Positions 12,573 to 21,856 of a stretch of DNA of 64,000 nt are shown here, piece after piece (the stretch's first letter is position 1; the number at the start of each line of letters is the position of its first letter). The notes under the pieces are model-generated. The model saw nothing but the letters and a program-made list of their open reading frames with translations. It did not search any database and had not been told where the DNA came from. The DNA is taken from NCBI GenBank assembly GCA_034520945.1, contig JAXHNB010000001.1, positions 1-64,000 on the forward strand. Direction: 5' to 3'. A program made the translations under genes and the position numbers. Source of the stretch: Trueperaceae bacterium (GTDB lineage: Bacteria; Deinococcota; Deinococci; Deinococcales; Trueperaceae).

Positions 12573-13232
12573 ATGGAATGGCACACCGACGCGGAGCTCT
12601 TCGAGTTGATCGAGGGCGAGCTGTTCACCGCCGTCATCGGGGATACGCTTGACGCGAACGGGTATCGACACCAGTTTCTGCCGCCGCGAATTCGCGGCCT
12701 GAAGAACTATGGGGTGGTCGCTGGCCGCGCTATGCCTGCGCTGGAGGCTGACGTCTTCGACGACCGCGAGCCGTTCGGCAAGATGCTCGACGCGCTCGAC
12801 AGCCTCGAATCCGGGGGATCTACATCGCGGCCGGCGGAACGCCTCGCTACGCGCTCTTCGGTGGTCTCGATGTCGATCGCTGCCCGAGCCCGCGGTGCCC
12901 GGGCTGCGATCCTCTGCGGCTTTCACCGCGACTCGCGGGAACTGCTCGAGAACAGCTTCCCCGTCTTCTCGTACGGCGCGTACGCGCAGGACCAACAGGT
13001 GCGTGGCCGCGTGATCGACTACCGAGTCCCGATCGAGATCGAAGGTGTGGCCGTCGCACCCGGCGACATCATCGTGGCCGATCTCGACGGTGTGGTCGTC
13101 TTACCAGCGGATGCGGAGACACGTATCGTCTACGACGCACTCCGGAAAGTGCGCACGGAGTCCGAGGTTCGCCGAGAGCTCGAGCGCGGCATGCTTGCTA
13201 AGGACGCGTTCGACGAATTCGGCGTACTCTGA
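12573..13232 (+). CDS. RraA/HMG aldolase family protein
   Basis: TAVIGDTLD, GFHRD, VAPGDIIVADLDGVVVLP; short internal segment appears shifted by compensating indels. Confidence 0.85.
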   Translation: MEWHTDAELFELIEGELFTAVIGDTLDANGYRHQFLPPRIRGLKNYGVVAGRAMPALEADVFDDREPFGKMLDALDSLESGGSTSRPAERLATRSSVVSMSIAARARGARAAILCGFHRDSRELLENSFPVFSYGAYAQDQQVRGRVIDYRVPIEIEGVAVAPGDIIVADLDGVVVLPADAETRIVYDALRKVRTESEVRRELERGMLAKDAFDEFGVL

Positions 13233-13278
13233 CGCCGGGGCGGTCACGGTAATTCCGGCCGTCCAACGATTGCGAAGG

Positions 13279-14017
13279 ATGGATCACGACGGCACCATAA
13301 ACCGATCCAGCTATCGAGCGCGACGCACGAGCCTCAGCGGGCAGGTCGTGAAACTCCTTCAGCGCTACATCATCGATCACGGCCTCAAGATCGGGGAGCC
13401 ACTCCCACCCGAACTCGAACTGGCGGAGCTCTTCGGGGTGAGCCGCACCGTGATCCGTGAGGGCATGAAGGCCCTGGAGGCTCTGGGCATCGTCGATGCG
13501 CAAAGCGGGCGGCGGCCCCGAGTTCAGCGGCCGTCCAGCGAACGTCCTGACGGCCTACTTCAGCAATGTCGTCCTCTTCGACAAGAACGCCGTAGCGGAG
13601 CTCCTCGAAGTTCGCGAAGCCCTCGAAACCTACGCCGTGCGCTTCGCCGCCCGCGACCGAAGCGATACCGACCTAGAGCGACTCATCACGATCCAGGTCC
13701 AAATGGCGGAGCACATCTTCGACGACAAGGCCGCATTCATCGATGAGGACGTCGAGTTCCACCGCTTGCTGGTTCAGATGAGCGGGAACACCATGCTCAC
13801 CTTTCTGGTGCAGGGCCTCCGCGACGCCACGAAGGAATCCATTGCCCGCGGCCTCGAGGCGCGACGGTCGAGAACCGAGCTCGAAAGCATCAACCAGGCA
13901 CACCACGCGATCCTTGAAGCGATTCGGGACCGAAACGAAGTCGCCGCAGTGAACGCCATGCATTCCGCACTTCCAGGACGCCATCGTGAACCTGTTGACC
14001 ATTCGGTAGCCCTCTAA
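13279..14017 (+). CDS. GntR/FadR family regulator (frameshift near 13500)
   Basis: LPPELELAELFGVSRTVIREGMKAL HTH; FCD motifs LEVREALE, DVEFH, HHAILEAI. Confidence 0.88.
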
Positions 14018-14181
14018 CAGCCCGGTGAATTCTTCGCTTCTGTGTGCGGTGGTGGGTGGGTGGAGGAGGGCGAGTTGGGAGGTGCTGGCCGCACCAGTTT
14101 CGGAGGCGGGTAGGGAGTTGAGCGAGGCCGTGCAGGGGGCCGCGGGCGTGCGTTTCGGTTCAATGGGCGTCTTCGTGGTGG

Positions 14182-14510
14182 TGGAGCTTCCCCCTTCTGA
14201 CGTGGACCATGTGACTGCTTCCTGATAGGTTTCGGGACGGAAGGGACGGGTCCGAATGGCCAAGCGGTACAGCAGCGAGTACGAACAGGAGGTCGTACGC
14301 CTCTGACCGAAAGAGCGGCAAGGGCTTCCGGAAACTGGCGGAGGAACTCGAACGTCAGCGCGCGGACTCGATCCGGGAAGTGGATCCGGGACGCCGAAGT
14401 CCAGGAGAGACCCGTAAGCGGCCGAGGTAAGCGGCGAGATTGGCCGTTGCAGCCCGCGAGAACCGCGTGCTGCGTCGAGGGAGCGGGAGACCTTGCGAAA
14501 GGCGGCCCGA
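14182..14510 (+). mobile_element. IS3-family remnant (putative IRL plus degraded orfA)
   Basis: TGGAGCTTCCCCCTTCTGACGTGGACCA IR-like end; ATG 14256 MAKRYSSEYEQEVVRL, then KLAEEL, RENRVLR, ETLRKAA in shifting frames; no orfB. Confidence 0.7.
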
Positions 14511-14679
14511 ACTCACCCTCGAAGGCTTCAGGGAGGGTGGCAACGGACCCGTTCGTGCGTCTTCCCGTGGCCAGCCCAACACAATACGACTACCAGGCGT
14601 CTGGCCTTCGCGCGACGACGCGCGGGAGCCGCGCCGGCGGCCGTCTATGATCACGTCCTGGACGATGTTTCTCGAAGAA

Positions 14680-14755
14680 TGGTGGGCCCTCCGGGACTCG
14701 AACCCGGGACCAAACGATTATGAGTCGCGTGCTCTAACCACTGAGCTAAGGGCCC
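14680..14755 (-). tRNA. tRNA-Ile2 (CAT anticodon)
   Basis: GGGCCCTTAGCTCAGTGGTTAGAGCACGCGACTCATAATCGTTTGGTCCCGGGTTCGAGTCCCGGAGGGCCCACCA; CAT anticodon, GGGCCC acceptor stem, encoded CCA. Ile2 versus Met is inferred from the stem. Confidence 0.92.
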
Positions 14756-15112
14756 GTCCGGCCCCGAGCGTACCGCGTCGCCCGATCCCCGCGCCCACAT
14801 GCCCAGTAGTCCCGCACGTCCCCGCGCCACCCCCTCGCGCACGCCGCGTCCGCTACCATGCGGGCATGCATGGACGTGATGGACGCGTCGCCGGCACGGT
14901 GCGCGGACGCGGGCCCACCCTCGGGCGCGCCAAGGCGTGGACCCGAAGCCACGCGCCCAGAATTGTGTACACCCGAGCACAGGGCACAAACGCCCGCGTG
15001 TGGGCGCACATGCAGCGTGACAAGCGGGTTTCGCCTCGGCGAAATACAACACTAGGCACACTTGCATTTCCTCCCGCTTATGGAACATTATTAGGGTCGG
15101 GAGGTATTCCAC

Positions 15113-15925
15113 ATGAATCCATCGAACCGTCTCGTTTCCTACCCGTCCGTACGTCCCTCCAGCGCCAGGGGGCTCCTGGCCCGCATCGCCGCCGTCACGC
15201 TGTTCGTGGCCTTCGCCGCGGCGGCGTGGGCCCAGGCCGTCGATCCCGTGGTGCAGGTCCGCTACGACGCCGAACTCGGTCACGTCCTGACGGACGCGGA
15301 CGGCATGACGCTGTACGTGTTCACCAACGACGAGATGGGCGTCAGCAACTGCACGGGCGGCTGCGCCGAGAACTGGCCACCGTTGACCGTCGAGGGCGAG
15401 AACGTGCCCGTCGCGCCGCTGGCGGTGCCCGGAGAGTTCGGCACCACCGAGCGCGAGGACGGCAGCATGCAGGTGACCTACAACGGCTGGCCGCTGTACG
15501 GCTTCGTCCGCGACGAGGCGCCCGGCGACACCGCCGGCCAGGGCGCGGGCGACAACTGGTGGGTCGCCGACCCGAACCCGGTGGTGCGCGTGCAGGAGCA
15601 CCCCGAGCACGGCGAGATTCTGGTCGGCCCGACCGGCATGACCCTCTACATGTTCGGCAACGACGAGGAGAACGCCTCGAACTGCACCGGTGGGTGCGCC
15701 ACCAACTGGCCGCCGCTGGTCGGCGGGTTCAACGAGGCCGCCGGCTACGAGCCGATGAGCGGCGAAGGGGCCGACGGCGAACTGGGCCTGATCGAGCGCG
15801 AGGACGCCCAAGGCATGCAGCTCACCTACGACGGCAAGCCGCTGTACTACTGGGTCAACGACAGCGTGCCCGGCGACGCGACGGGTCACGAGGTCGGCGA
15901 CGTCTGGTACGTGGTCGAACCCTGA
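15113..15925 (+). CDS. secreted repeat protein (COG4315/Lipoprotein_15-like)
   Basis: Signal peptide; two repeats of GMTLYxF..SNCTGGCA.NWPP..Q.TY.G.PLY..PGD..G....W. Confidence 0.88.
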   Translation: MNPSNRLVSYPSVRPSSARGLLARIAAVTLFVAFAAAAWAQAVDPVVQVRYDAELGHVLTDADGMTLYVFTNDEMGVSNCTGGCAENWPPLTVEGENVPVAPLAVPGEFGTTEREDGSMQVTYNGWPLYGFVRDEAPGDTAGQGAGDNWWVADPNPVVRVQEHPEHGEILVGPTGMTLYMFGNDEENASNCTGGCATNWPPLVGGFNEAAGYEPMSGEGADGELGLIEREDAQGMQLTYDGKPLYYWVNDSVPGDATGHEVGDVWYVVEP

Positions 15926-15959
15926 GCACGGCGACAGCAGCACGTACGCACCACACCAG

Positions 15960-15987
15960 CCCGGGGCGGGGGTTCGCCGCCCCGGGT
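15960..15987 (+). terminator. GC hairpin after COG4315 gene
   Basis: CCCGGGGCGG...CCGCCCCGGG. Confidence 0.4.
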
Positions 15988-15992
15988 TCGTC

Positions 15993-16667
15993 ATGACGTT
16001 CGAGGATCGCCACCAGGCCGGCCGCCACCTGGCCGAAGAGGTCGCGTCGCGCCTGGAGGAACGGGGCGACGCCGCCGTCGTGCTGGCCCTCCCCCGCGGC
16101 GGCGTGCCGGTGGCCGCGCCGGTCGCCCAGGCGTTGGGCTCTCCCCTCGACGTGATGCTGGTCCGCAAGCTCGGCGCGCCCGGCCGCAAGGAGTTGGCCT
16201 TGGGCGCTGTCGCCAGCGGCGGGGCGCGCGTCCTGAACACCGACCTGGTGCAGCGGCTCGGCATCCGCGACGCGCAGCTCGAGGAGCTCACCGAAACGGA
16301 GACCCGCGAGCTGAACCGTCGCGAGCGCGCCTACCGCGGAGATCGCGCCTTCCCCGACCTCACGGGACGCACCGCCATCCTGGTCGACGACGGCGTCGCC
16401 ACCGGCGCCACCATCCGGGCCGCGCTCCGCGCCGTACGGGCGTTGGGCGCCGGCCGCGCGGTGGTGGCCATCCCCCTGGCGCCGCGCGACACCGTCGAGT
16501 CACTCCGGCGCGAGGCGGACGAGGTGATCTGCCTGGCCTCGCCCGAACCGTTCCTGGCCGTCGGTCAGGGGTACCGCGACTTCCCCCAGGTGAGCGACGA
16601 CGAGGTGATCGCCACGCTGAACGCGCAGCCGACCGTGCCGCCTGGCGGCGACCCGCAGCAGGACTGA
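15993..16667 (+). CDS. phosphoribosyltransferase family protein
   Basis: FEDRHQAG, LALPRGGVPVA, ILVDDGVATGAT. Confidence 0.9.
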   Translation: MTFEDRHQAGRHLAEEVASRLEERGDAAVVLALPRGGVPVAAPVAQALGSPLDVMLVRKLGAPGRKELALGAVASGGARVLNTDLVQRLGIRDAQLEELTETETRELNRRERAYRGDRAFPDLTGRTAILVDDGVATGATIRAALRAVRALGAGRAVVAIPLAPRDTVESLRREADEVICLASPEPFLAVGQGYRDFPQVSDDEVIATLNAQPTVPPGGDPQQD

Positions 16668-16688
16668 ACCGCCGCGGCGTGCGTCACG

Positions 16689-17078
16689 TCATGCGTCGCG
16701 GCGCACGAACCCCGCCATCCACATCCACCACACGAACCAGCCCTTGGCGGGCCGGTACACCAGCAGCACGGCCGCGACGGCCGCGCCCGCCAGCACGAAG
16801 GCGAAGCCCTCGAAGAGGCCGTAGCGCGGCAGCAACGCCAGCGAGAGCGCCAACAGGACAATGATCGCGGCTGCGTAGGCCATCACCATCGCGCCGAGCC
16901 CGCTGCCCGAATCCCGCTCGAAGCGCACCCCGCACACCTCGCAGGTCGCCTTGACGGCGTAGAGGGAACGAAACATCGAAGCGCGCCCGCAGGCTGGACA
17001 GCGACCCAGAAGCGTCGCCTCGCACATGGCCCGCAGGGGGCTTCGCTTCAAAGCTCGGTGAGGGAACGGCGACTGCAT
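16689..17078 (-). CDS. DUF983-like membrane protein
   Basis: GRCPACG...CEVCG followed by two TM helices; start uncertain (17027 or 17078). Confidence 0.7.
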   Translation of the reverse strand: MQSPFPHRALKRSPLRAMCEATLLGRCPACGRASMFRSLYAVKATCEVCGVRFERDSGSGLGAMVMAYAAAIIVLLALSLALLPRYGLFEGFAFVLAGAAVAAVLLVYRPAKGWFVWWMWMAGFVRRDA

Positions 17079-17304
17079 ACGACGACCCCATTCGTAGCAC
17101 GTCCCACCGCGCGCCGTGCCTGGACGGACGGCCCTGACGTCGCTTCGCACCCTCGAGCGGACGTCGCCCGCATGCTGCGTGCACGCCCGCGCCTCGCGCC
17201 GAGGGCGTACGCTGAGGGAAACGGCGCCCCGTGCTCCTGCCTTGGGGCCGCGCGCCGTGGAGCCATCCTTCCCACTCTGGCTCCCGTTCCCGAAGGAGGC
17301 GGCC

Positions 17305-18489
17305 ATGCGCGATGCCGACACCCACGACGCCGACGCCCTTCCCGTTCGCCGTGAACTCGAGGATCTGATCCATGAGCTGCAGGCGGCGCAGCGTCCCCTG
17401 CTCAGCCTGTACCTGGACGTGCACGCCGGCAGCGACCCGAACGCGCCCGCGCAGCGGGCCGACGCCGCGCTGCGCGAACTGCCGCTGGACCGCGCGGTGC
17501 GGGAGCGCCTGGAGCGGCACGTGCTGTCGCTCGTGCGCCAGACGGGCGAAGGCACGCTGGTGGCGTTCGCGGCGGAGGACCCGGACGACCTCGCGGTCCA
17601 CCGCTTGCTGCGCGTGCCGCCGCCCCTGCCCGGCGGGGCCCGCGACGCTGTCGCCCACTGGGGCGACCCGTGGCTGACGCCGCTGGAACTGCTGCTGGCC
17701 AACGAACCGCCGGTGATTGCCGCGTTCGTGGACGAGCGCCGTGCCCGGTTGTTCGTGCAGGACCTGGGCGAGGCGACCGAAGCGTCGTCGTACGTGCGGG
17801 CGTTGGACACCGAAGCGTGGCGGCGCTTCGCGGAACATTCCACCGGCACGCCCGGGCAACCCGCCCGCGGCGGCTCCGGCATGGACGCCTACGAGGCGCG
17901 CGAGGACGCCTGGACCGCCCGCTTCGTGCGGGATCTGGCCGGCCAGGTGGCGGGCGCCGTCGCGGCGCGTGAGGGGGCTCGCCTGGTGTTGCTGGGCGAG
18001 TCCCGCCGCATCGCCCAGCTCGAGGAGGAGCTGCCCACCCACCTGCGGGACGCCGTGCTGACCCGCGCGCCGGCGCCGGCCGACCCGGACCTGCAGGCGT
18101 CGCAGTGGCGCGACCCGTTGACGGAGGTGGTGCGGAGCGCCCTGCACGAGGAGGACGAGGCGTACCTGAACCGGCTGGCCCGGGACGGGCTGACCGGCAC
18201 CGGCGTGGTGCTGGACGCCTTGCAGCGCGGCACCCTGGAGTTGGTGGTGGTGCCGGCCGACCACGACGTGGAGGTGGTGCGCTGCCTGGGCTCGGGCTGG
18301 ATGGCGGAGGACGAGGCCGCGGTGCGGCAGGTGTGTCCCAGCGATCCGATCGAACGCGTGCCCCTCAAGGAGCGGTTGCTCGCAGCCGTGCGGACGGGGC
18401 GCGCTCGGCTTCGCATCCTGAGAGGGCCGGACGCCAAGCGCCTGCAGGACCGCATCGGCCCCATCGCGGGCCTGCCCCGCGGCGGGTGA
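17305..18489 (+). CDS. bacterial aeRF1-like (baeRF/VLRF1-type) protein
   Basis: ATG after AAGGAGG; LSLYLDV, FVDERRARLF, RLVLLG, C-terminal L7Ae-like region ending GPIAGLPR. Confidence 0.75.
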   Translation: MRDADTHDADALPVRRELEDLIHELQAAQRPLLSLYLDVHAGSDPNAPAQRADAALRELPLDRAVRERLERHVLSLVRQTGEGTLVAFAAEDPDDLAVHRLLRVPPPLPGGARDAVAHWGDPWLTPLELLLANEPPVIAAFVDERRARLFVQDLGEATEASSYVRALDTEAWRRFAEHSTGTPGQPARGGSGMDAYEAREDAWTARFVRDLAGQVAGAVAAREGARLVLLGESRRIAQLEEELPTHLRDAVLTRAPAPADPDLQASQWRDPLTEVVRSALHEEDEAYLNRLARDGLTGTGVVLDALQRGTLELVVVPADHDVEVVRCLGSGWMAEDEAAVRQVCPSDPIERVPLKERLLAAVRTGRARLRILRGPDAKRLQDRIGPIAGLPRGG

Positions 18490-18496
18490 CCCCCCT

Positions 18497-18536
18497 GCCT
18501 GCAGGCGTTCCGCTGCGCGGCGGAACGCCTGCAGGC
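18497..18536. terminator. perfect 17-bp inverted repeat
   Basis: GCCTGCAGGCGTTCCGC-tgcgcg-GCGGAACGCCTGCAGGC just after the stop codon. Confidence 0.6.
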
Positions 18537-18704
18537 GGACACGCCCTGCCCCCGTCTCGGGTGTAGACTCGTCCGGCGAGGTCGTGGCGAGGACCGCCCC
18601 GCGTCGCGTCTCTGGGGGCGCGAACCGGTCCCGCCGCGACGGCGCGAATGCACGCGACGGCGCTCGTCCCGTGCGTGCCGTCGCACGCGTTCCGAGGAGG
18701 GAAC

Positions 18705-19184
18705 ATGGCCAAGAGGGACCCGATCTACCTGACACCGAAAGGGCTCGACAAGATCCACGAGGAGCTTCGTTACCTCAAGGAGGAGAAGCGACAGGAGATC
18801 AGCGAGTACATGGGGGCCGCCATCGCCGACGGCGACCTTCGTGAGAGCGCCGCCTACGACGAGGCGCGCATGCTGCAGAGCGAAAACGAAGCTCGCATCG
18901 CCGATCTGGAGGAACTGTTGAACCGAGCCGTGGTGGTGGACGCAGACGAGAGCGAGAACGCCGCAGCGGGCCTGGGCGCCAGCCTGGCCTTGGAGGAAGA
19001 GGACGGCGACGAGGTCGAGTTCCACCTGGTCGGCACGCACGAAGCCGACGTCCTCGAGGGCAAGATCAGCGACGAGTCACCGCTGGGGCAGAGCCTGATG
19101 GGGCGCCGCGCCGGCGATCGCGTGCAGGTCGCGTTGGGCAACCGCAACGTCACCTACCACGTCAAAGAGGTCCGCTTCGACTGA
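18705..19184 (+). CDS. greA: transcription elongation factor GreA
   Basis: YLTPKG, GDLRESAAYDEAR, ISDESPLGQSLMG. Confidence 0.95.
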   Translation: MAKRDPIYLTPKGLDKIHEELRYLKEEKRQEISEYMGAAIADGDLRESAAYDEARMLQSENEARIADLEELLNRAVVVDADESENAAAGLGASLALEEEDGDEVEFHLVGTHEADVLEGKISDESPLGQSLMGRRAGDRVQVALGNRNVTYHVKEVRFD

Positions 19185-19239
19185 GCCTCTCCGCAGAGGC
19201 GTCACGCTTCTCACTGCAGCGCGTGGGTAGCGTGACGGC

Positions 19240-19821
19240 ATGATTCGTTGGGCGCTCGCGTTGCTGGGCGTCGTCCTGGCCGCGCTGACCTTCCTCGCGC
19301 TGCAGCCCCGGGCCGAACCCCCCACCGTTCGCGAAGAGATCACGTTGCAGGACGCCCAGGTGCGGTTGTTTCCTTCCGGCGATCCGGACGCGACCTGGCG
19401 CTTCGACGCCACCCGCGTCGCGTACCACCCCACCGAGCGCGAGACCACCCTTCACGACATCGTGGACGGCCAACGGCGCGTGGGCGACGAGGTCGACTTC
19501 ACCCTCCGCGCTGAGCGGCTGGTGATCGGCCCCAATGATGACCTGCGGACGAACCGCATGGACGTCCGCCTGATCGAGGACGAGTTGAACGTCGAGATGG
19601 AGGGACGCGAGGAGCGCCAGGTGCTGGTGGACCAGCAGGCCGGCGTGTTCGAGGTGCCCCGGATCTACCTGTACGGCGAGGACTTCGGCGAGAGCCGCTA
19701 CGAGAACATGCGCGTCAGCTTCGACTTCACCGACTTCGAAGCCGGCGGGCCCGGCACGGTCGGCTACAGCGAGCTGCAGATCGAGGAGCGCGATGCCGCG
19801 CCCGGAAGGAGCGACCTTTGA
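19240..19821 (+). CDS. LptC-like membrane-anchored periplasmic protein
   Basis: Single N-terminal TM then beta-rich domain; directly upstream of LptA-like genes. Confidence 0.55.
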   Translation: MIRWALALLGVVLAALTFLALQPRAEPPTVREEITLQDAQVRLFPSGDPDATWRFDATRVAYHPTERETTLHDIVDGQRRVGDEVDFTLRAERLVIGPNDDLRTNRMDVRLIEDELNVEMEGREERQVLVDQQAGVFEVPRIYLYGEDFGESRYENMRVSFDFTDFEAGGPGTVGYSELQIEERDAAPGRSDL

Positions 19822-20822
19822 TGCCACCCCTCACCCCTTCCCCGCCCCGCTGGACCCGCGCGCTGCTGGCGTGCGTGCTGGTCGCCGGCGTGCCGTACCT
19901 TGCCCTGGCACAGGACGGCGACGACCCGCCCGATCCGGCAGAGGACACGAACCGCATCATCACCATCGACGCCAGCGGCGGCACGCAGCACGGCAACCTG
20001 CGCTACGGCCCCATCACCTACGAGCACCCCGACCCGTTGGGGGTTCACGCCACCGTGTCCGACCTCACCATCCGCGCGCCCCGCGCCGTCCTGGCCGGCC
20101 CGGAGGACACGCTGCTGTCGCAGGCCAAGGGCCAGCGCACCGCCACCTTCGAGGGCGAGGTGGTCGCCACGCGCCGCCGCCTCGAGGCCACCGGACCGGA
20201 CTTGACCTACGACGAACGCAGCGGCCTGGGCACCATGACCGGCGGCGTCGCGATCGAAATCCAGCCCGCCGAGGATGAGGACGACGTGACGTACATCGAC
20301 GCCGGCTCGGTGGCGTTCGACGTCGACACCGACCGCAGCGTCAGCCGCGAACAGGTCGTCCTCACCGTGGGCCCGCAGCGGGCCGAAGCGGACGAGCTGA
20401 CCTACGCCGAGACGCGCGACCTGGGCCAGCTGGTGTGCGAGGACCTGTGCACCGTCGTCCGCGAGAACGAAGACGGCGAGCCCATGCGCATCACCGCACG
20501 CGAGATCCGCGTCCTCACCGCCAGTGATCGTTTGTGGGCCCGCGGGGACGTGACGGTGATCGACGGCGCCATCACCTCCCGCGGCGACGAGGTGTTCTAC
20601 GACGACGAAGAGCAGATCGCCGAAGTGATCGGCTCGCCCGCCACGGCGGTGGACGAGGAGGGCGGGGTGTCGCTGGAGTCGGACCGCATCCTGCAGGACG
20701 TGCAGTTCGACTTCGTCGAGGCGATCGACGCCAGTCAGGCCAGCGACGTGGAACGCGCCGACTTCCTGTTCGAGGAGGAGCAGGACGAGGAGCTAGACGA
20801 GGAGGCCGCGCGGGCGCCGTGA
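19821..20822 (+). CDS. LptA/OstA-family protein
   Basis: Signal peptide; repeated jellyroll-type motifs (ATFEGEVVA, ADELTY, ARGDVTV, GDEVFYDD). Confidence 0.7.
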   Translation: MPPLTPSPPRWTRALLACVLVAGVPYLALAQDGDDPPDPAEDTNRIITIDASGGTQHGNLRYGPITYEHPDPLGVHATVSDLTIRAPRAVLAGPEDTLLSQAKGQRTATFEGEVVATRRRLEATGPDLTYDERSGLGTMTGGVAIEIQPAEDEDDVTYIDAGSVAFDVDTDRSVSREQVVLTVGPQRAEADELTYAETRDLGQLVCEDLCTVVRENEDGEPMRITAREIRVLTASDRLWARGDVTVIDGAITSRGDEVFYDDEEQIAEVIGSPATAVDEEGGVSLESDRILQDVQFDFVEAIDASQASDVERADFLFEEEQDEELDEEAARAP

Positions 20823-21856
20823 ACACGGGGCCGGGTCGGGGCACCCTTGCCGGCCGGCTTCGTGCCGGCCTGGTTTTGGCCGGCCTCACGGCCGTCACGA
20901 CGCTGGCGTCCGCCTGGCTGGCCGGCCGCGGCCCCCTGCCGCAGGCGCCCGCGGCCGGTCTGGCCTACGCGCAGAGTTCGACGCGCCTGTCGTTGGACCG
21001 CGGCGACGCCCTCATCGAGATCGTGAACGAGGGCCGCGCCGCCGACGGGGCGCGCTCGATCCTCGACCTGGCCGGGTGCGTGCCGGGCGAAGCGGTGCGC
21101 AGCAGCTACTTCTACGCCCCCGAGGGCGGCGCTACCACGCGGATCGCGCAACGCGACGGCGGCACGCCGGCGGTGGTGACCGCCCCGCTGGTGACGGTGC
21201 TACGGCCCGAACGCACCGAGGAGAGCGACGACGACAGCGGCGGCGGCGAACAGGACGGCGAAGGAGACGGCGAGCAAGGCGGCGACGAGGAGACCATCGA
21301 GGCGATGGACGCCACCGCAGGCTTCGGGCGGCCGCCCTGCCTGCAGGATGTGGAGCAGGCCGAAGACCCGGGCGTGCAGTTGGTCCAGGGGCGCACCACC
21401 GTGGTGGGCGGGCACTTCAGATTGGACCGCGGCAGTCGCGTCGCCACCATGGAGGGCCCCGTCGCCCTCACGCGCGCCCCCGAAGGGGACGGCGCCCCCG
21501 TCGAAGCGACGGCCGACGCGCTGCGCTTCGACCTGGACGACGAGCGCGCCACCCTGACCGGCACCGTGCGGGTCGAGGCGGGTTCGCGGGTCAGCGAGGC
21601 GGACGAGCTGGAACTGGACGAGGCGGCGGGCCTGGCGACCTTGCGCGGCTCGCCCGCCATCAGCCGCGACGGCAGCGACGAGGTGCGGGGCGCGCGCCTG
21701 CTCTACGACCTGGAGACGAACGACGTGGTGGTCGAGGGCAGCGTCGAGGCTTCGTTCGAGTTGGAGGACGGCGCAGCCGACGGACCGGACGCGTCCGGCA
21801 ACGACGGGTCGGACGCGCTGAACGGCGATGACGACGGCGGCGACGGCGCCCCCTGA
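20819..21856 (+). CDS. LptA/OstA-family protein
   Basis: GTG overlapping previous stop; ADALRFDLD, ATLTGTVRV, ATLRGSPA, GARLLYDLETNDVVV. Confidence 0.7.
   Translation: MNTGPGRGTLAGRLRAGLVLAGLTAVTTLASAWLAGRGPLPQAPAAGLAYAQSSTRLSLDRGDALIEIVNEGRAADGARSILDLAGCVPGEAVRSSYFYAPEGGATTRIAQRDGGTPAVVTAPLVTVLRPERTEESDDDSGGGEQDGEGDGEQGGDEETIEAMDATAGFGRPPCLQDVEQAEDPGVQLVQGRTTVVGGHFRLDRGSRVATMEGPVALTRAPEGDGAPVEATADALRFDLDDERATLTGTVRVEAGSRVSEADELELDEAAGLATLRGSPAISRDGSDEVRGARLLYDLETNDVVVEGSVEASFELEDGAADGPDASGNDGSDALNGDDDGGDGAP

Noticed and set aside
1693..13600. Programmed frameshifting or phase variation in island genes
   Set aside because: Indels are numerous, scattered and lack consistent slippery sites or repeat tracts
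14012..14180. Possible second IS end (TAACAGCCCGGTGAA) and G-rich tract
   Set aside because: No partner inverted repeat or transposase recognised
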